Assembly (NCBI GenBank): GCA_965219995.1
Contig: CBDCOX010000002.1
Span: 3,520,001 to 3,584,000, forward strand
DNA from: Candidatus Latescibacterota bacterium
Lineage (GTDB): Bacteria; Latescibacterota; UBA2968; GCA-2709665
DNA: 64,000 bases
Direction of reading: 5' to 3'
Below the pieces are notes generated by a model. That model ran no database searches and had not been told where the DNA came from. It was given only the letters and a program-made list of their open reading frames with translations. Within the stretch, counting starts at the first letter, position 1, and every line of letters starts with the position of its first letter. Positions 28,851 through 39,687 of the stretch are shown here, one piece after another. Position numbers and translations under genes: made by a program.

Positions 28851-29687
28851 ATGACAATTTCGCGATTGATTCTGTGTCTGATTTTCGGCTCTGGATCCGG
28901 CGCGTGCAGTACGGCGCCGACAGAGTCGCTCGGTGAATTCAATGAGACCGTTCTCATCGAAGGTTTTCTTCGAGCGGGTACGAACGTGTCGGGTCTGTTC
29001 GTGGGGACGACGATGCCGCTCTCGAGCGAGTACGATCGAGACGCCAGCGCGCTTTCCGATGCGGACGTAGCGATTACGGTAGACGGCGTAACGCATTCAC
29101 TGGCTGCCGTGCCTGATGAGCCCGGCGCATACCACCAACCCGATCTGGTGGTCCAGCCGGGAAAGACATACCATTTGTCGGTCACAACGGGATTGGGGAC
29201 GGCGACCGCGCGGACGACCGTTCCGTTCCCGCCTCAGGCGTCAGGGGCGCCCGTGTTGTATGCCGGCGGTGATCCGTATCGTGTGACGTGGGAAGGCGAG
29301 ACAAACGGAGGCTACGTCACTTCCAGGCAGGTCGTGGAGCTGCTGGAGCGAATTCCGCCGGAGAGCCAGTTCGGCGGGGGAAGGTTTGGCGGCGGTTTCG
29401 GGGGGGCGATCGACACGACCGGATTCGGGGCGCTGCGGGACAGTATCGCGCGCGCCGACCAGTGGCGGTTCCTGCAGGGGCAGTCTCAGACTTTGAATCC
29501 CATTCAGTTTTCGTACTATGGCACCTACGCGTTACTCGTGCATGCCCTCGACGAGAACTACGGGGATTTCCTGATCTCGAGCCAGCAGGACGAGGCCGCC
29601 CTGGACGAGCCCCGCTTTCACGTGGAGGGCGGTATCGGGCTGTTCGCCTCCATGGCCGCGGATTCCGTCCTTTTTCGGGTGGAATGA
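28851..29687 (+). CDS. Receptor-associated lipoprotein (DUF4249-like)
   Basis: Possible lipobox SGAC, IEGFL, PGKTYHLSV, HVEGGIGLFAS; directly after TonB receptor. Confidence 0.65.
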   Translation: MTISRLILCLIFGSGSGACSTAPTESLGEFNETVLIEGFLRAGTNVSGLFVGTTMPLSSEYDRDASALSDADVAITVDGVTHSLAAVPDEPGAYHQPDLVVQPGKTYHLSVTTGLGTATARTTVPFPPQASGAPVLYAGGDPYRVTWEGETNGGYVTSRQVVELLERIPPESQFGGGRFGGGFGGAIDTTGFGALRDSIARADQWRFLQGQSQTLNPIQFSYYGTYALLVHALDENYGDFLISSQQDEAALDEPRFHVEGGIGLFASMAADSVLFRVE

Positions 29688-29766
29688 TCCGGCGATGCCG
29701 GATGAGGCATCTCCTGCAGGACAAGGCGCGTCGACGCCTCCACGCAGCCCGGAAACTTCGCCCGGC

Positions 29767-29795
29767 TTGACAGGGCGAGGCGACCGGGCTATATT
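29767..29795 (+). promoter_or_regulatory. sigma70-type promoter of ssrA
   Basis: TTGACA-N17-TATATT about 70 nt upstream of mature tmRNA. Confidence 0.7.
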
Positions 29796-29863
29796 TTCCG
29801 CAGTTCGGGCGACCAGGCGGCCGAACCGCGGCGATCTGTTTCCGGTACCGTGTACATCTGTGT

Positions 29864-30223
29864 GGGGGCGACCTGGATTCGACGGGGGTGGAGAGGCGAT
29901 GGCTGCGTGTCGAGGTCCCATGTCCTCGTTAAACCGTGGGAACACTCTATAATTGCGGACGATACGTACGCAATGGCTGCGTAACTAAGACGCAGCCCGT
30001 TTCGACGGGCCTCGCCTGCAGGGCCCGACCGGAGCGCCGACTTGTGCGGGCTGGCTCGCGGACCTCCGTTCGAGGGTGCGAGAGCGAGAGCTGTTCGAAC
30101 TGGCGTGCCGGCAACCCCGTTTACCGGGGCGCCGTTGCGTGAGATTCAAAAGGTAAACTACACACGTAGACGCTGTCGTTGATCTGCTTTCGGACGCGGG
30201 TTCGATTCCCGCCGCCTCCACCA
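29864..30223 (+). ncRNA. ssrA: tmRNA; tag peptide (A)ADDTYAMAA
   Basis: 5' GGGGGCG pairs with 3' CGCCTCC-ACCA with G3.U wobble; GGATTCGAC; T-arm GCGGGTTCGATTCCCGC; tag frame GCG...GCT GCG TAA at 29955-29984 after ATAATT. Confidence 0.96.
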
Positions 30224-30254
30224 ATTATTCCACGGCTTGTATTACATCAGTATA

Positions 30255-30312
30255 AACGAACTCAGGGCCGGGTGAAGTCCGTTGCGTCCATTCGCGATTG
30301 ACATCACCCGGC
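30255..30312 (+). repeat. 58-bp hairpin direct repeat, left copy flanking AbiE module
   Basis: 57/58 identical to 32099-32156; internal stem GCCGGGTGA ... TCACCCGGC. Confidence 0.9.
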
Positions 30313-30384
30313 CCGAGTTATAGTACACGATGCCGTCGAGGAAACCTGAAAAGGACGTCTTCTCTGGTCATGCAGCACGTCCGT

Positions 30385-30453
30385 ATCACTCCCCCCTTGA
30401 GGGGGACTCGCAGAAGCCAAGCCGGTCCCTGAGCTTGCCGAAGGGTCGAAGGG
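30385..30453 (-). repeat. REP-like element family 2
   Basis: ATCACTCCCCCCTTGAGGGGGA.TCGCAGAAGCC...CCCTGAGCT.G.CGAAGGG is the reverse complement of 61669-61729 with few mismatches. Confidence 0.8.
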
Positions 30454-30588
30454 TCAAAAAGGTACCGGAACGCGGGTATTTTCCATATTGTGTCAGCGTG
30501 ATTCCGATTTTTCTTGCCTTTTCGGCCAAAATCAGACATAATATTATTACTTATTATTAAATATTGACGATTTGTCCGAGCCCGAACC

Positions 30589-31182
30589 ATGCAAAGGCGA
30601 GCCGAAGAGATATTCCGCCGGCACGGCGGCCAGCTTCGCATGAGCGAAGCACTGGCGCAAGGGATCACGCGCTACACGCTTTACACGCTGCGGGACCGGG
30701 GCGTCGTGGAGCCGGTGAGCAGGGGCATTTACCGGCTGGCGGAATTGCCTCCCTTCGGCAACCCGGACTTTGTGACCGTTAGCCTGCGCTATCCAAACGC
30801 CGTAATCTGTCTTGTCTCCGCGCTGACCTTTCATGACATGACGACCCAGATCCCCCGTGCGGTTTCCGTAGCGGTGCCGCGGGGGTCGCGTGCGCCGTCG
30901 CTGGACTACCCGCCTGTTCGCGCGCACAGGATCTCCACCGAAGCCTATGAGAACGGCATCCAAACACATCGGATCGATGGCGTGCCTGTCAAAATCTACA
31001 GCCGCGAAAAGACCCTGGCCGACTGTTTCAAGTTCCGCAACCGAATTGGGATGGACGTGGTGCTTGAGGCGATGAGATTTTACAGGGAACGAAACGGATT
31101 CGATCTCGGCGCCGTGCTCGCCTGCGCCAGGATCTGTCGGGTGCAAAAAGTGATGCGGCCCTATCTTGAGGCTATGCTGTGA
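30589..31182 (+). CDS. abiEi: Type IV toxin-antitoxin AbiEi-family antitoxin / transcriptional regulator
   Basis: N-terminal wHTH with VSRGIYRL, AVICLVSAL.FH.MTTQIP, IYSREKTLADCFK.RNRIG. Confidence 0.85.
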   Translation: MQRRAEEIFRRHGGQLRMSEALAQGITRYTLYTLRDRGVVEPVSRGIYRLAELPPFGNPDFVTVSLRYPNAVICLVSALTFHDMTTQIPRAVSVAVPRGSRAPSLDYPPVRAHRISTEAYENGIQTHRIDGVPVKIYSREKTLADCFKFRNRIGMDVVLEAMRFYRERNGFDLGAVLACARICRVQKVMRPYLEAML

Positions 31183-32081
31183 CGCCGCCGCGAAATTTGC
31201 CCGCCTCGGTTCGACAACGGCTTCTCAATCGGGCCAGGAGCGACCGGCGTCCGTTCAATGAGCTTTTGCAATACTTCGCCATGGAGCGGTTTCTCTATCG
31301 GCTTTCCCGATCCGACCATGTCGAACAATTCATTCTTAAAGGCGCCTTAATGCTGTATGTGTGGCAACCGACGACGATACGTCCGACCATGGACATCGAC
31401 CTCCTGGGAAGGACACACGACGTCGAAGCCGACCTCGTGGCGCAGCTTCGGGACATTTTGGCGGTCGATGTGGAGCCGGACGGTCTCACGTTCGACGCTG
31501 AATCTATTCGGGCCGAACGCATAGCTGAAGGCGCGGACTACGAGGGGATCAGGATTCGGTTTTCGTGCATGCTGGTCACCGCGCAAGTCCACATGCGGGT
31601 TGATGTCGGGTTCGGCGACGTCGTTTATCCCGAACCTGAGACGTCGGATCTGCCGACCCTTCTGGATTTCCCTGCGCCGCGGCTTCTCTGCTATAGCCGC
31701 GAAGCCACCATCGCGGAAAAGCTCGAAACGGCGATCAAGTTCGGCGTTTTAAACAGCCGGATGAAGGACTTTTACGACATCTGGTTGCTGTCCCGTCAAT
31801 TTGATTTCAATGGGCCCGATCTTGCCGAGGCCATTCGGTTGACCTTCGTACGCCGGGGCACGGTGCTGCCCCCGGAAATCGAGGTGTTCACCCAGCACTT
31901 CATCGATTCGAAGCAGATCCAGTGGACCGCGTTCCGGAACCGTCTACAGCCGGATCATGTCCCAGCGTCTTTCGCCCAGGTCGCGGCCTCAATCGCTGAA
32001 TTCCTTTCGCCTATCACCGCGGCCGTTTCCACTGGACATCCCTCACCGATCCGCTGGAACGCGCCTGGTCCGTGGACCTGA
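31179..32081 (+). CDS. abiEii: AbiEii/AbiGii nucleotidyltransferase toxin
   Basis: ERFLYRLS, FILKGAL, RPTMDIDL, DVGFGD, AEKLE, NSRMKDFYDIW; GTGA overlap with antitoxin. Confidence 0.9.
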   Translation: MTPPRNLPASVRQRLLNRARSDRRPFNELLQYFAMERFLYRLSRSDHVEQFILKGALMLYVWQPTTIRPTMDIDLLGRTHDVEADLVAQLRDILAVDVEPDGLTFDAESIRAERIAEGADYEGIRIRFSCMLVTAQVHMRVDVGFGDVVYPEPETSDLPTLLDFPAPRLLCYSREATIAEKLETAIKFGVLNSRMKDFYDIWLLSRQFDFNGPDLAEAIRLTFVRRGTVLPPEIEVFTQHFIDSKQIQWTAFRNRLQPDHVPASFAQVAASIAEFLSPITAAVSTGHPSPIRWNAPGPWT

Positions 32082-32098
32082 GCGGACTTACTTGATTG

Positions 32099-32156
32099 AA
32101 CGAACTCAGGGCCGGGTGAAGTCCGTTGCGTCCATTCGCGATTGACTTCACCCGGC
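32099..32156 (+). repeat. 58-bp hairpin direct repeat, right copy
   Basis: Matches 30255-30312 with one mismatch. Confidence 0.9.
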
Positions 32157-32361
32157 TCTTCATATAGTATACCTTCTCACCACAGTTCACGCACAAGTCA
32201 CTCCCTCGCTCAATTGTCGGCGCCTGATCACCGGGTAGAAACTCAGGGTTCCGGAAACCTGGGTCAGGACGGGCGCTAGTGATTGACGGCGTTCAGGGCG
32301 CCGCCCACTTTCCATCCGAAGCGTGCAGGCAATCTTATTTGGTGAGAATTGGAAGTCAGCC

Positions 32362-34215
32362 ATGAATGTCAGCGTGTCGGGACTTGCACACGTGTTTCTA
32401 GTCGTTCTGGTTTCCAGTCTGATCTTGACCGTTGCACCAGCGCGTGCCGACGAGGACTGGGAAAAGGTGGAGAAGATCCTCGCGGAAGATCAGGGATTGA
32501 TGGTGCTGGACGGGACCGAGAAGATTTCGGTGCGGTATGCAGGCACGGACCGCCCTGTGTCCGGAGACTGGCTGGTCCTCCACGCGTTTTCCGAGCCGGG
32601 ATCGTTCAATCCGTATGCCGGGATGGACTATGGTTCTTACAGGATCCTGGAGAATGTGTTCGAGTCGATGTTGTATATGGAGGCGCCGCCGCCGTACGAG
32701 TTCAAGGGTAAATTGGCGAAGGGGTATCCGGCGGTGTCTGCCGACAGGCTCTCCTATACCTTCGATCTACGGGAAGAGATCCGTTTTTCGGATGGCAAGC
32801 CCTTGACCACAGAAGATGTACTGTTCACCTTCAAGGTGATCAAGAATCCGGAAGTACAGTTAACGGGATTCGTGCGAAGCGGATTCAAAGACCTGAAAGC
32901 GGTCCGACCGGATGGACTGTATCGAATCACGTTTGTCTACCGGGAACCCTATTTCTATCATGCGATAAACATTGGACGGCGTTGGATCCTGCCGAAACAC
33001 CATTACGACCCCGACGGGCTGATGGACCGTGTGCGTATCGAGGATCTGATCGACGGGACGTGGGAGGCGGGGCCCCAGGCCGACCTGGTGCGCCGGTTCG
33101 CGGAGCAGTTTAACCGGGATTTCAGCCGGCACGCGCTGGGCTCGGGTCCGTATTTGTTTCCCAATTCCGACGACGCGGCGTCGCCGGGAAAGACCGTTCT
33201 GGAACGTGATGCGGACTATTGGGGACGAGGCAGGAAGGACCTCCCTCCCTCCGGTTACGTCGACAAACTGGTGTTCAATGTCGTCGTCAATCCGGACGCC
33301 GCGTTTATCGAACTGGTCAACGGCAACCTGGACGTTTTGAACATGTACCCCCTGCCGTTCAAGGAGAAAAGCTGGTCTGCCGCATTTACGTCGCGCTATC
33401 TCAAGGTGATCCGTTACGCAAGCGGTGTCAATTTTATCGCGTGGAACAACACGCATCCGATTTTCCGCGATAAGCGGGTTCGCCGGGCGATGAGTCATCT
33501 GACACCGCGTAAGAGCATCATCCGAAATCTGATCTACGGACTCGGCGTTACGATCGACGGACCAGTGCACATGTCTCGTCCGGAATTTCACGCGGGACTG
33601 GAACCCCTTGAGTATAACCGCGATCGGGCGGTCGAATTGCTGCAAGAGGCCGGGTGGACGGATACGGACCGTGACGGCGTTCTGGACCGTGTTGTGGACG
33701 GTGTCAAGACAGCATTCGAGTTTGAATTCCTGGTAGCGGCCGGTTCGCCGCTCAGCAAGGATATCGCCCTGGTGATGCAGGACGAACTCGCCAACGTGGG
33801 AATCGGCTGCAGGGTGCGTGAAATCGATCGTTCCATTTTTGGCGAGCGGTTGCGAGAGCGGGAGTACGATGCGTTGTTCACCGGCGTGGGCAGCCATCCG
33901 GCGGTGCCGCTGGACCTGTATTCAAGCTGGCATTCAGCCGAGGTCAGGGAAGGCGCCAATTATTCCTGTTTTGCGAACGAAGAGGCGGACCGCATCCTGG
34001 AACGGTATCGCCGTACGTTTGACGCGGACCGACGAATCTCACTCTACCGGAGGCTCCAGGAAATCCTGTACGATGAACAGCCCTATACGTTTATCTTCGT
34101 GGGGCGGTCGGTCACGGCCTACAGCAAGCGGTTTCGAGGGGTCAACTGGTATCCGTCAGGCCGCACGGACTATCTGGAATGGTGGGTGCCACCGTCGGAC
34201 CGGCGGTATCCGTAA
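32362..34215 (+). CDS. ABC transporter peptide-binding protein (solute-binding family 5)
   Basis: Signal peptide; YTFDLRE.IRFSDGKPLT.EDVLFT, GSGPY, F.DKRVRRAM, LL.EAGW, LQEIL.DEQPY. Confidence 0.9.
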   Translation: MNVSVSGLAHVFLVVLVSSLILTVAPARADEDWEKVEKILAEDQGLMVLDGTEKISVRYAGTDRPVSGDWLVLHAFSEPGSFNPYAGMDYGSYRILENVFESMLYMEAPPPYEFKGKLAKGYPAVSADRLSYTFDLREEIRFSDGKPLTTEDVLFTFKVIKNPEVQLTGFVRSGFKDLKAVRPDGLYRITFVYREPYFYHAINIGRRWILPKHHYDPDGLMDRVRIEDLIDGTWEAGPQADLVRRFAEQFNRDFSRHALGSGPYLFPNSDDAASPGKTVLERDADYWGRGRKDLPPSGYVDKLVFNVVVNPDAAFIELVNGNLDVLNMYPLPFKEKSWSAAFTSRYLKVIRYASGVNFIAWNNTHPIFRDKRVRRAMSHLTPRKSIIRNLIYGLGVTIDGPVHMSRPEFHAGLEPLEYNRDRAVELLQEAGWTDTDRDGVLDRVVDGVKTAFEFEFLVAAGSPLSKDIALVMQDELANVGIGCRVREIDRSIFGERLREREYDALFTGVGSHPAVPLDLYSSWHSAEVREGANYSCFANEEADRILERYRRTFDADRRISLYRRLQEILYDEQPYTFIFVGRSVTAYSKRFRGVNWYPSGRTDYLEWWVPPSDRRYP

Positions 34216-34545
34216 GACAGAAACTCTGGCAAACTGGCGATTGGATATCCTGGGAGCGAGGGCGTCTCGCACTGGATGGCTTTCAACGCAGCCTGCTGCG
34301 ATGGTAGCTGTCGTCATTTGATTTTCTGACCACCCATCGCCAACCAGTTCGATGGTCGGGTTTAGGGGGCTGATAGCTGAAGTCTGAACGCGCACAATAG
34401 AATGGAAAGTCGAACCACACAAATCCCTTTACGCCACAGTTTTCATCATCGTGGTTACCAATAAACCGATCCACAGATCGTCTTTTGCGAAAGACGTGAA
34501 CGAATCAGTTTTCATCTTCGAGAGTACAATTACTCTGGTTTCGCT

Positions 34546-37500
34546 ATGTCCAAACTTGACGCGGGAACGATTGTAGACGGACATTATGAGATCCTGGCAC
34601 CCGTTGGAAGCGGGGGTTTGGGTACCGTATACCGCGCGCGGGACGTTGCGGATGGTTCCACCGTGGCGTTGAAGATGCTGGATATTTCGGGAGACGAGGC
34701 ACAGCGGCGGTTCCTGAGAGAGTTCAACATCCTGTCCCGCATCCGCCATCCCAGAATCGTGCGTCCCCTCCGTTGGGGCGTGTATGAAGGGAAGCCGTAT
34801 TTCTCCATGGCGTTTATTTCCGGTCGGCCCTTGTCCGATCTGATTGCGGACGCGGGAGACCGCGACAGGCTGAGAACTACGTCGTTTCTTCAACTTGCGC
34901 GGCAAATTGGAGACGGACTGGCTCACATCCACGAACAGGGCTTGATACATCGGGACCTGAAGCCGTCCAACATTATGATCGCCGAAGCGGATGGCAATCT
35001 CGACGTAACAATCATGGATCTGGGTCTGGCTCGATTTCAGGATTCGCGGGAGCGTCGCCTGACGCCGCCGGGGGCGGCCACGGGAACCATGGAATATATG
35101 TCGCCCGAGCAGATCCGCGGCCGGTCGGTGGACCCGAGGTGCGACCTGTATTCGATGGGAATCATATTGTACGAGGTCCTGACGGGCGAACCGCCCTTTA
35201 CAGGCGGGAATCCGGCTTCGGTGATGCTTCGGCATCTGAGAGACCTGCCCAGGCCGCCCGATGTTCAGGGCATTCCGGACCGGATCCAGGGTGTGGTCAT
35301 GAAACTGCTGGAAAAGGAACCGGTTGACCGCTATAGCTCGGTGGGCAACCTGCTGCAGGAGTTGGCGGAAGTCGACCGGCCGGTTCCAGACGAGACCGGG
35401 ACCGCGCCTGTTTCCATATCGCCCGTGCCCCTTCTGGGGCCCCAGTTTCAGGGCCGGGAGCGCGAGATGAAGGCTCTCCGGGAAATCCTGGGGGATTCCG
35501 TGGAGGGGATGGGGCGGATGGTGCTGATAAGCGGCGAGGCCGGCATCGGGAAAACCCAGGTCCTGGAGGAGTTTCAGGCCGACGCCCGCGTTTACGGAAT
35601 GCGCGTATTGATGGGGCGTTGCTACGAGAGCGGCGGACGGGCCTATGGACCATTCCTGGAAGCGTTGACGGACCTGGCAGACAGGCCGGGCATTCAGGGT
35701 TCGGACCTTGAAGAAGCCGTTAAACGTGTAATGGCGCAAATTGATCGGGCGGTGGCCGGCGATCAGAGAGATCCATTTCCGGTCATTGAGATTCTTGCCG
35801 AATTTGTCGGCGATCTGAGCCGGGAAACCCCAACCCTTGTTTGCGTCGACGATATTCAATGGGCGGACGACCTGAGCTTGCGGTTCCTGGATTTTATGCG
35901 GCGGGATACGGATCCGTCGACCCTTGTTTTCGGCCTGACCTGCCGGAAAGAAGGTGAAGACCTGTTGCCCGAACGTATCGAGGCCGTGTTTCCCCACGGA
36001 GACGCGCCCGGGTTGGTCCATTTGCCGCTTGAACCGCTCAGTCTTGAAGAAACCACGAATCTGGCTGCCTCCGTACTCGGCGAACAGAGTGTGCCGGATG
36101 ACGAAGCCCGCAGGATTCGCGAGGAGACCGGCGGAAACCCTCTATTTGCCGTGGAACTGGTCCGCGGGGCCATCGAAAACGGTTCGATTCGCCGGGACCC
36201 TGCGGGCGGGTGGACGTGGCCGCGGTCCTCGGACTGGCCCATGCCCGCGGGCATCACACAGGCGATAGATTCGCGTCTCCGACGGTTACAATCTGATGAC
36301 CGCCGGGTGCTGGAGTACGCTTCGATTTTTCGAGGGGCGTTTTCGTTCGACCTGATTTCGGAAATATGGCGCGGCGATGACTTGCGGCTGCTTGAGGCCC
36401 TGGAGGGGCTTGTCCGCCTGGGCCTATTAAAAGATATGCAAGACCGGGACGGACGGTACCGGTTTTCGCATGGACTGATCCAACGGGCTGTCTACGACGG
36501 TATATCAGCAAACAGACGTACGCTGCTTCACCGGGAGGCAGGCAGGGCCCTTGAAACGCGGTCCGGGTCCGGCGGCTCGGAGACGCTGGACGAACTGGCC
36601 TACCACTTCTCGAGATCGAACGACCTGGAAAAAATGGCGCAGTACGTGACGGCATCCGGCAGGTTAGCGTTGCGGATGTGTGATTTCTCGCACGCTCTGG
36701 AGCTGTTTGAAGCGATTCTCGAGAAAGGCGCGTTCTCACCCGACGCGCCGGCCGGCGTTTCTCAAGGATCCCTGGCGCACCTGGATTTCCTCTGCGTCTA
36801 CGCCGAGGCGCTCTCCGGTTGTGACAGGTATAAGGACGCTCGGCGCGAATTGGATCACGCCCTGCGGTGGGTGTCCGCCGATACGCCGAGGCAGAGAGCA
36901 TACGCGTTGAGGATGATGGGAATAAACCACATCCATTTCGAGGATTATGTAAAGGCCGAATCCGTGTTTTCGGAGGCCTTGGGTCTCTTCCGAGAATTGG
37001 GCGACGAAGAGTCTGAAATGAGTGTTGTGGGGTTATTGTCCAATATCTACTTTAGGCTGAAGGATTTGGAAACGGCCGAGAGATTTTGTGAGTCAGCTGC
37101 TGAAAGATGCCGGGAATTGGGAGGGGACGTTAATGAGGCGCGTGCCTTGAATTATCTCGCGTTTGCGGCACAATTTACCTATCGGAATGAAAGAGCCAGG
37201 ACGCTCCTTGAGTCTTCACTGGATCTGATGGACAGGGCAGGGGATCGGACATATCGCCATGGCAGTCTTTTCCTGCTGGGACGTATAGAGATCCGACTGG
37301 GAAATTTCGATCGTGCGAAGGAGGTATTCCAGGAACATCGAGACTTCTGGGCCAGGCGAGGTTCGAAGTCTACGGAGGCCCTGGCACATAATCGATTGGG
37401 CTGGATCGCCCTGGAACAGGGAGACACCGCCAGTGCGGAAACGCATGCCCGATCTGCGGAACGCCTATTGTCGGATGGCGGGCGCATGGATCAGATGTAC

Positions 37501-39405
37501 CGGACGTATGGATTGCTGGCCGAGACGCTGGCGGAGACCGGCCGCGTTGAAGAGGCGCTTTCCTGGGCCGAACGGGCCGGGCCGGGCGTGGAGTACGGCG
37601 GAAATATTCGCGCCATTGCATGGACTGCGAAGGCAAAATCGCTTGCCGCGGCCGGCCGCCATGACGAAGTCGATTCCCTGTTCGATCATGTATCGGAAGC
37701 CCAGGGCTCGCCGGACGGTTTGGAAGAAATAAACCTGTTCGTTGTGGCGGGCGCGTACTATCTGGAGCGGGGGCGTCTTGCCGATGCACGGCGGTTCCTT
37801 GAAACCGCCCGCGAGGCTGCCAAACGGCTGAATTTGCGTTATTATGCCGGGAAGGCAGCGGATCTTCTGGATCGTGTTGCTGAGGAAGTTGAAATGACGT
37901 TGCCCGCAAAGGAGATGGCTTCCGCGCTTTCGGAAGAACACCTCCTGACGCTCTATCAGGCTTCCGAAGAGTTGACGTCGGTCCTGGAACTGAACGTGCT
38001 TCTGGATCGGATTCTGGACCGCCTGAGGAAGGTGAGCCGTGCCGAACGCGTGTTGATCGTCCTCAAGGATGAAGCTGCCGCTCACGTCGAGGTGGCGCGC
38101 AAGCACAATCTGCACGATGCAGCGACGCGGGAGATCAGCCGCGGGATCATCAAGTGGGCAATGGAGCGAAACGAGCCGATATTGAGTCTTGACGCCCGCG
38201 TCGATGAACGATTCAGACAACGAGCAAGTGTAACGGCGTACGGCATCCGATCGGTGCTTTGCGTTCCCCTGCGACACGCGGAGTCTGGTGTGATCGGCGC
38301 GATTTATATGGACCACCGAAAGCTGGAGGACATGTTCACCGAAAAAGACAGGGCGCTCTTGTCGGCATTCGGAAATCTGGTATCCATAGCCGTTGTCAAC
38401 GCCCGAATGTACTCACAGATCGGAGACCGGGCGCTCTTCTTCCAGAAGCAAATCGAGGGTCGCCACCGATTGGAAGAACTGGTGGGGCAGAGCCGGGCAA
38501 TGCAGGACGTGTTCAAACTGGTCGACGTCGCGGCGGAAAGCGACATGACGGTGCTGATTCAGGGTGAGACCGGAACGGGCAAGGAACTGGCCGCCCGGGC
38601 TATTCATGCCCGCAGCAAGCGAAAGGAACAGCCCTTTCTGTCGGCGAATTGCGCCGCGCTAACCCACGAACTGCTCCAGAGCGAACTGTTCGGTCACAAG
38701 AGGGGCGCATTTACCGGAGCCGTTTCGGACCGAAGAGGCCTGTTCCTCTCCGCGAACGGCGGCACGGTATTCCTGGACGAAATCGGGAATGCCTCGCCTC
38801 AGTTGCAATCGAGCCTGTTGCGGGTGCTCCAGAACGGCGAGATACAGCGGGTGGGCGAAACCGAGGTTCGGAACGTGGACGTTCGGGTGATTGCAGCTAC
38901 GAATCGCGACCTGGAAGCCGACGTACGTGAGGGTCGGTTTCGAGAGGATCTATATTATCGTCTGCGAGTCTTGCAGATTGACATGCCGCCCCTTCGTGAT
39001 CACATTGAAGATGTTCCATTGCTGTCGGAGCATATTCTTGAACGTGTGTGCGCGGACCAGGGCAAGTCCGTGCCGGGGTTTACCGTGGGGGCCATTCGGG
39101 TGCTGATGGACCATGGCTGGCCCGGAAACGTGCGAGAGTTGGAAAACGAGATTGGACGGGCCGTTGCCCTGGTCGAAGAAGAAAAAGAGATCTCTGCGGA
39201 TCTGTTTTCCGAGAAGATCGGCCTTCCCGAGGAACTGAGAGCCCGGGAACGCGGTTATTTCAAGGCCCGTTTGGACGCTGTGAAGAGACGGATGATCATT
39301 GACGCGCTCGATCAATGCGATGGTAATATCAGCCGGGCCGCCGATCGACTGGGGCTCAGCCGAAATGGCCTTCAGAAGATGATGACGCGATACGGTCTGC
39401 GGTGA
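34546..39405 (+). CDS. Ser/Thr kinase - P-loop ATPase - TPR - GAF - sigma54-interacting AAA+ - Fis HTH fusion regulator
   Basis: [30 protein letters not shown]; GEAGIGKT and VDDIQWAD; helical repeats; [15 protein letters not shown]; [30 protein letters not shown]; [14 protein letters not shown]. Confidence 0.93.
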   Translation: MSKLDAGTIVDGHYEILAPVGSGGLGTVYRARDVADGSTVALKMLDISGDEAQRRFLREFNILSRIRHPRIVRPLRWGVYEGKPYFSMAFISGRPLSDLIADAGDRDRLRTTSFLQLARQIGDGLAHIHEQGLIHRDLKPSNIMIAEADGNLDVTIMDLGLARFQDSRERRLTPPGAATGTMEYMSPEQIRGRSVDPRCDLYSMGIILYEVLTGEPPFTGGNPASVMLRHLRDLPRPPDVQGIPDRIQGVVMKLLEKEPVDRYSSVGNLLQELAEVDRPVPDETGTAPVSISPVPLLGPQFQGREREMKALREILGDSVEGMGRMVLISGEAGIGKTQVLEEFQADARVYGMRVLMGRCYESGGRAYGPFLEALTDLADRPGIQGSDLEEAVKRVMAQIDRAVAGDQRDPFPVIEILAEFVGDLSRETPTLVCVDDIQWADDLSLRFLDFMRRDTDPSTLVFGLTCRKEGEDLLPERIEAVFPHGDAPGLVHLPLEPLSLEETTNLAASVLGEQSVPDDEARRIREETGGNPLFAVELVRGAIENGSIRRDPAGGWTWPRSSDWPMPAGITQAIDSRLRRLQSDDRRVLEYASIFRGAFSFDLISEIWRGDDLRLLEALEGLVRLGLLKDMQDRDGRYRFSHGLIQRAVYDGISANRRTLLHREAGRALETRSGSGGSETLDELAYHFSRSNDLEKMAQYVTASGRLALRMCDFSHALELFEAILEKGAFSPDAPAGVSQGSLAHLDFLCVYAEALSGCDRYKDARRELDHALRWVSADTPRQRAYALRMMGINHIHFEDYVKAESVFSEALGLFRELGDEESEMSVVGLLSNIYFRLKDLETAERFCESAAERCRELGGDVNEARALNYLAFAAQFTYRNERARTLLESSLDLMDRAGDRTYRHGSLFLLGRIEIRLGNFDRAKEVFQEHRDFWARRGSKSTEALAHNRLGWIALEQGDTASAETHARSAERLLSDGGRMDQMYRTYGLLAETLAETGRVEEALSWAERAGPGVEYGGNIRAIAWTAKAKSLAAAGRHDEVDSLFDHVSEAQGSPDGLEEINLFVVAGAYYLERGRLADARRFLETAREAAKRLNLRYYAGKAADLLDRVAEEVEMTLPAKEMASALSEEHLLTLYQASEELTSVLELNVLLDRILDRLRKVSRAERVLIVLKDEAAAHVEVARKHNLHDAATREISRGIIKWAMERNEPILSLDARVDERFRQRASVTAYGIRSVLCVPLRHAESGVIGAIYMDHRKLEDMFTEKDRALLSAFGNLVSIAVVNARMYSQIGDRALFFQKQIEGRHRLEELVGQSRAMQDVFKLVDVAAESDMTVLIQGETGTGKELAARAIHARSKRKEQPFLSANCAALTHELLQSELFGHKRGAFTGAVSDRRGLFLSANGGTVFLDEIGNASPQLQSSLLRVLQNGEIQRVGETEVRNVDVRVIAATNRDLEADVREGRFREDLYYRLRVLQIDMPPLRDHIEDVPLLSEHILERVCADQGKSVPGFTVGAIRVLMDHGWPGNVRELENEIGRAVALVEEEKEISADLFSEKIGLPEELRARERGYFKARLDAVKRRMIIDALDQCDGNISRAADRLGLSRNGLQKMMTRYGLR

Positions 39406-39671
39406 AAAATCAGGCCTGAGTAACGAAAAGTGCAGACGTTATCTGCACTTGGCCACAAAGTCGTAATAATAATGTAGACAATGTTGTAAATTCATATAAA
39501 AGTTTGTTATTGATTGATTTATGAGGCGAAATCCTTCAACTTCAGCCACAATACTGTATACATTGTATACATCTGACGTCTGAACGCTGTTTTTCCGCGG
39601 GCGAATACTTATCCTTAATCTGTTGTTTTTAAGACGCTTGTGCATTCGCACGAGCGTCGTTTCTTTTTATT

Positions 39672-39687
39672 CGGTACAATAATTGCA
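39672..39687 (+). promoter_or_regulatory. sigma54 (-24/-12) promoter
   Basis: CGGTAC-AATAA-TTGCA: GG-N10-GC spacing with TTGCA -12 box, about 270 bp downstream of a GAFTGA activator gene. Confidence 0.65.

Noticed and set aside
30255-32156. Integron attC sites or CRISPR repeats
   Set aside because: Only two copies 1.8 kb apart; no integrase or cas genes; R-box consensus and unpaired spacers of attC are not met and the right copy lacks the terminal GTT
34429-36021. 530-aa antisense ORF and similar long antisense frames (22616-23953, 41760-43124, 27190-28212)
   Set aside because: They lie opposite well-supported genes in GC-rich DNA and have no recognizable motifs
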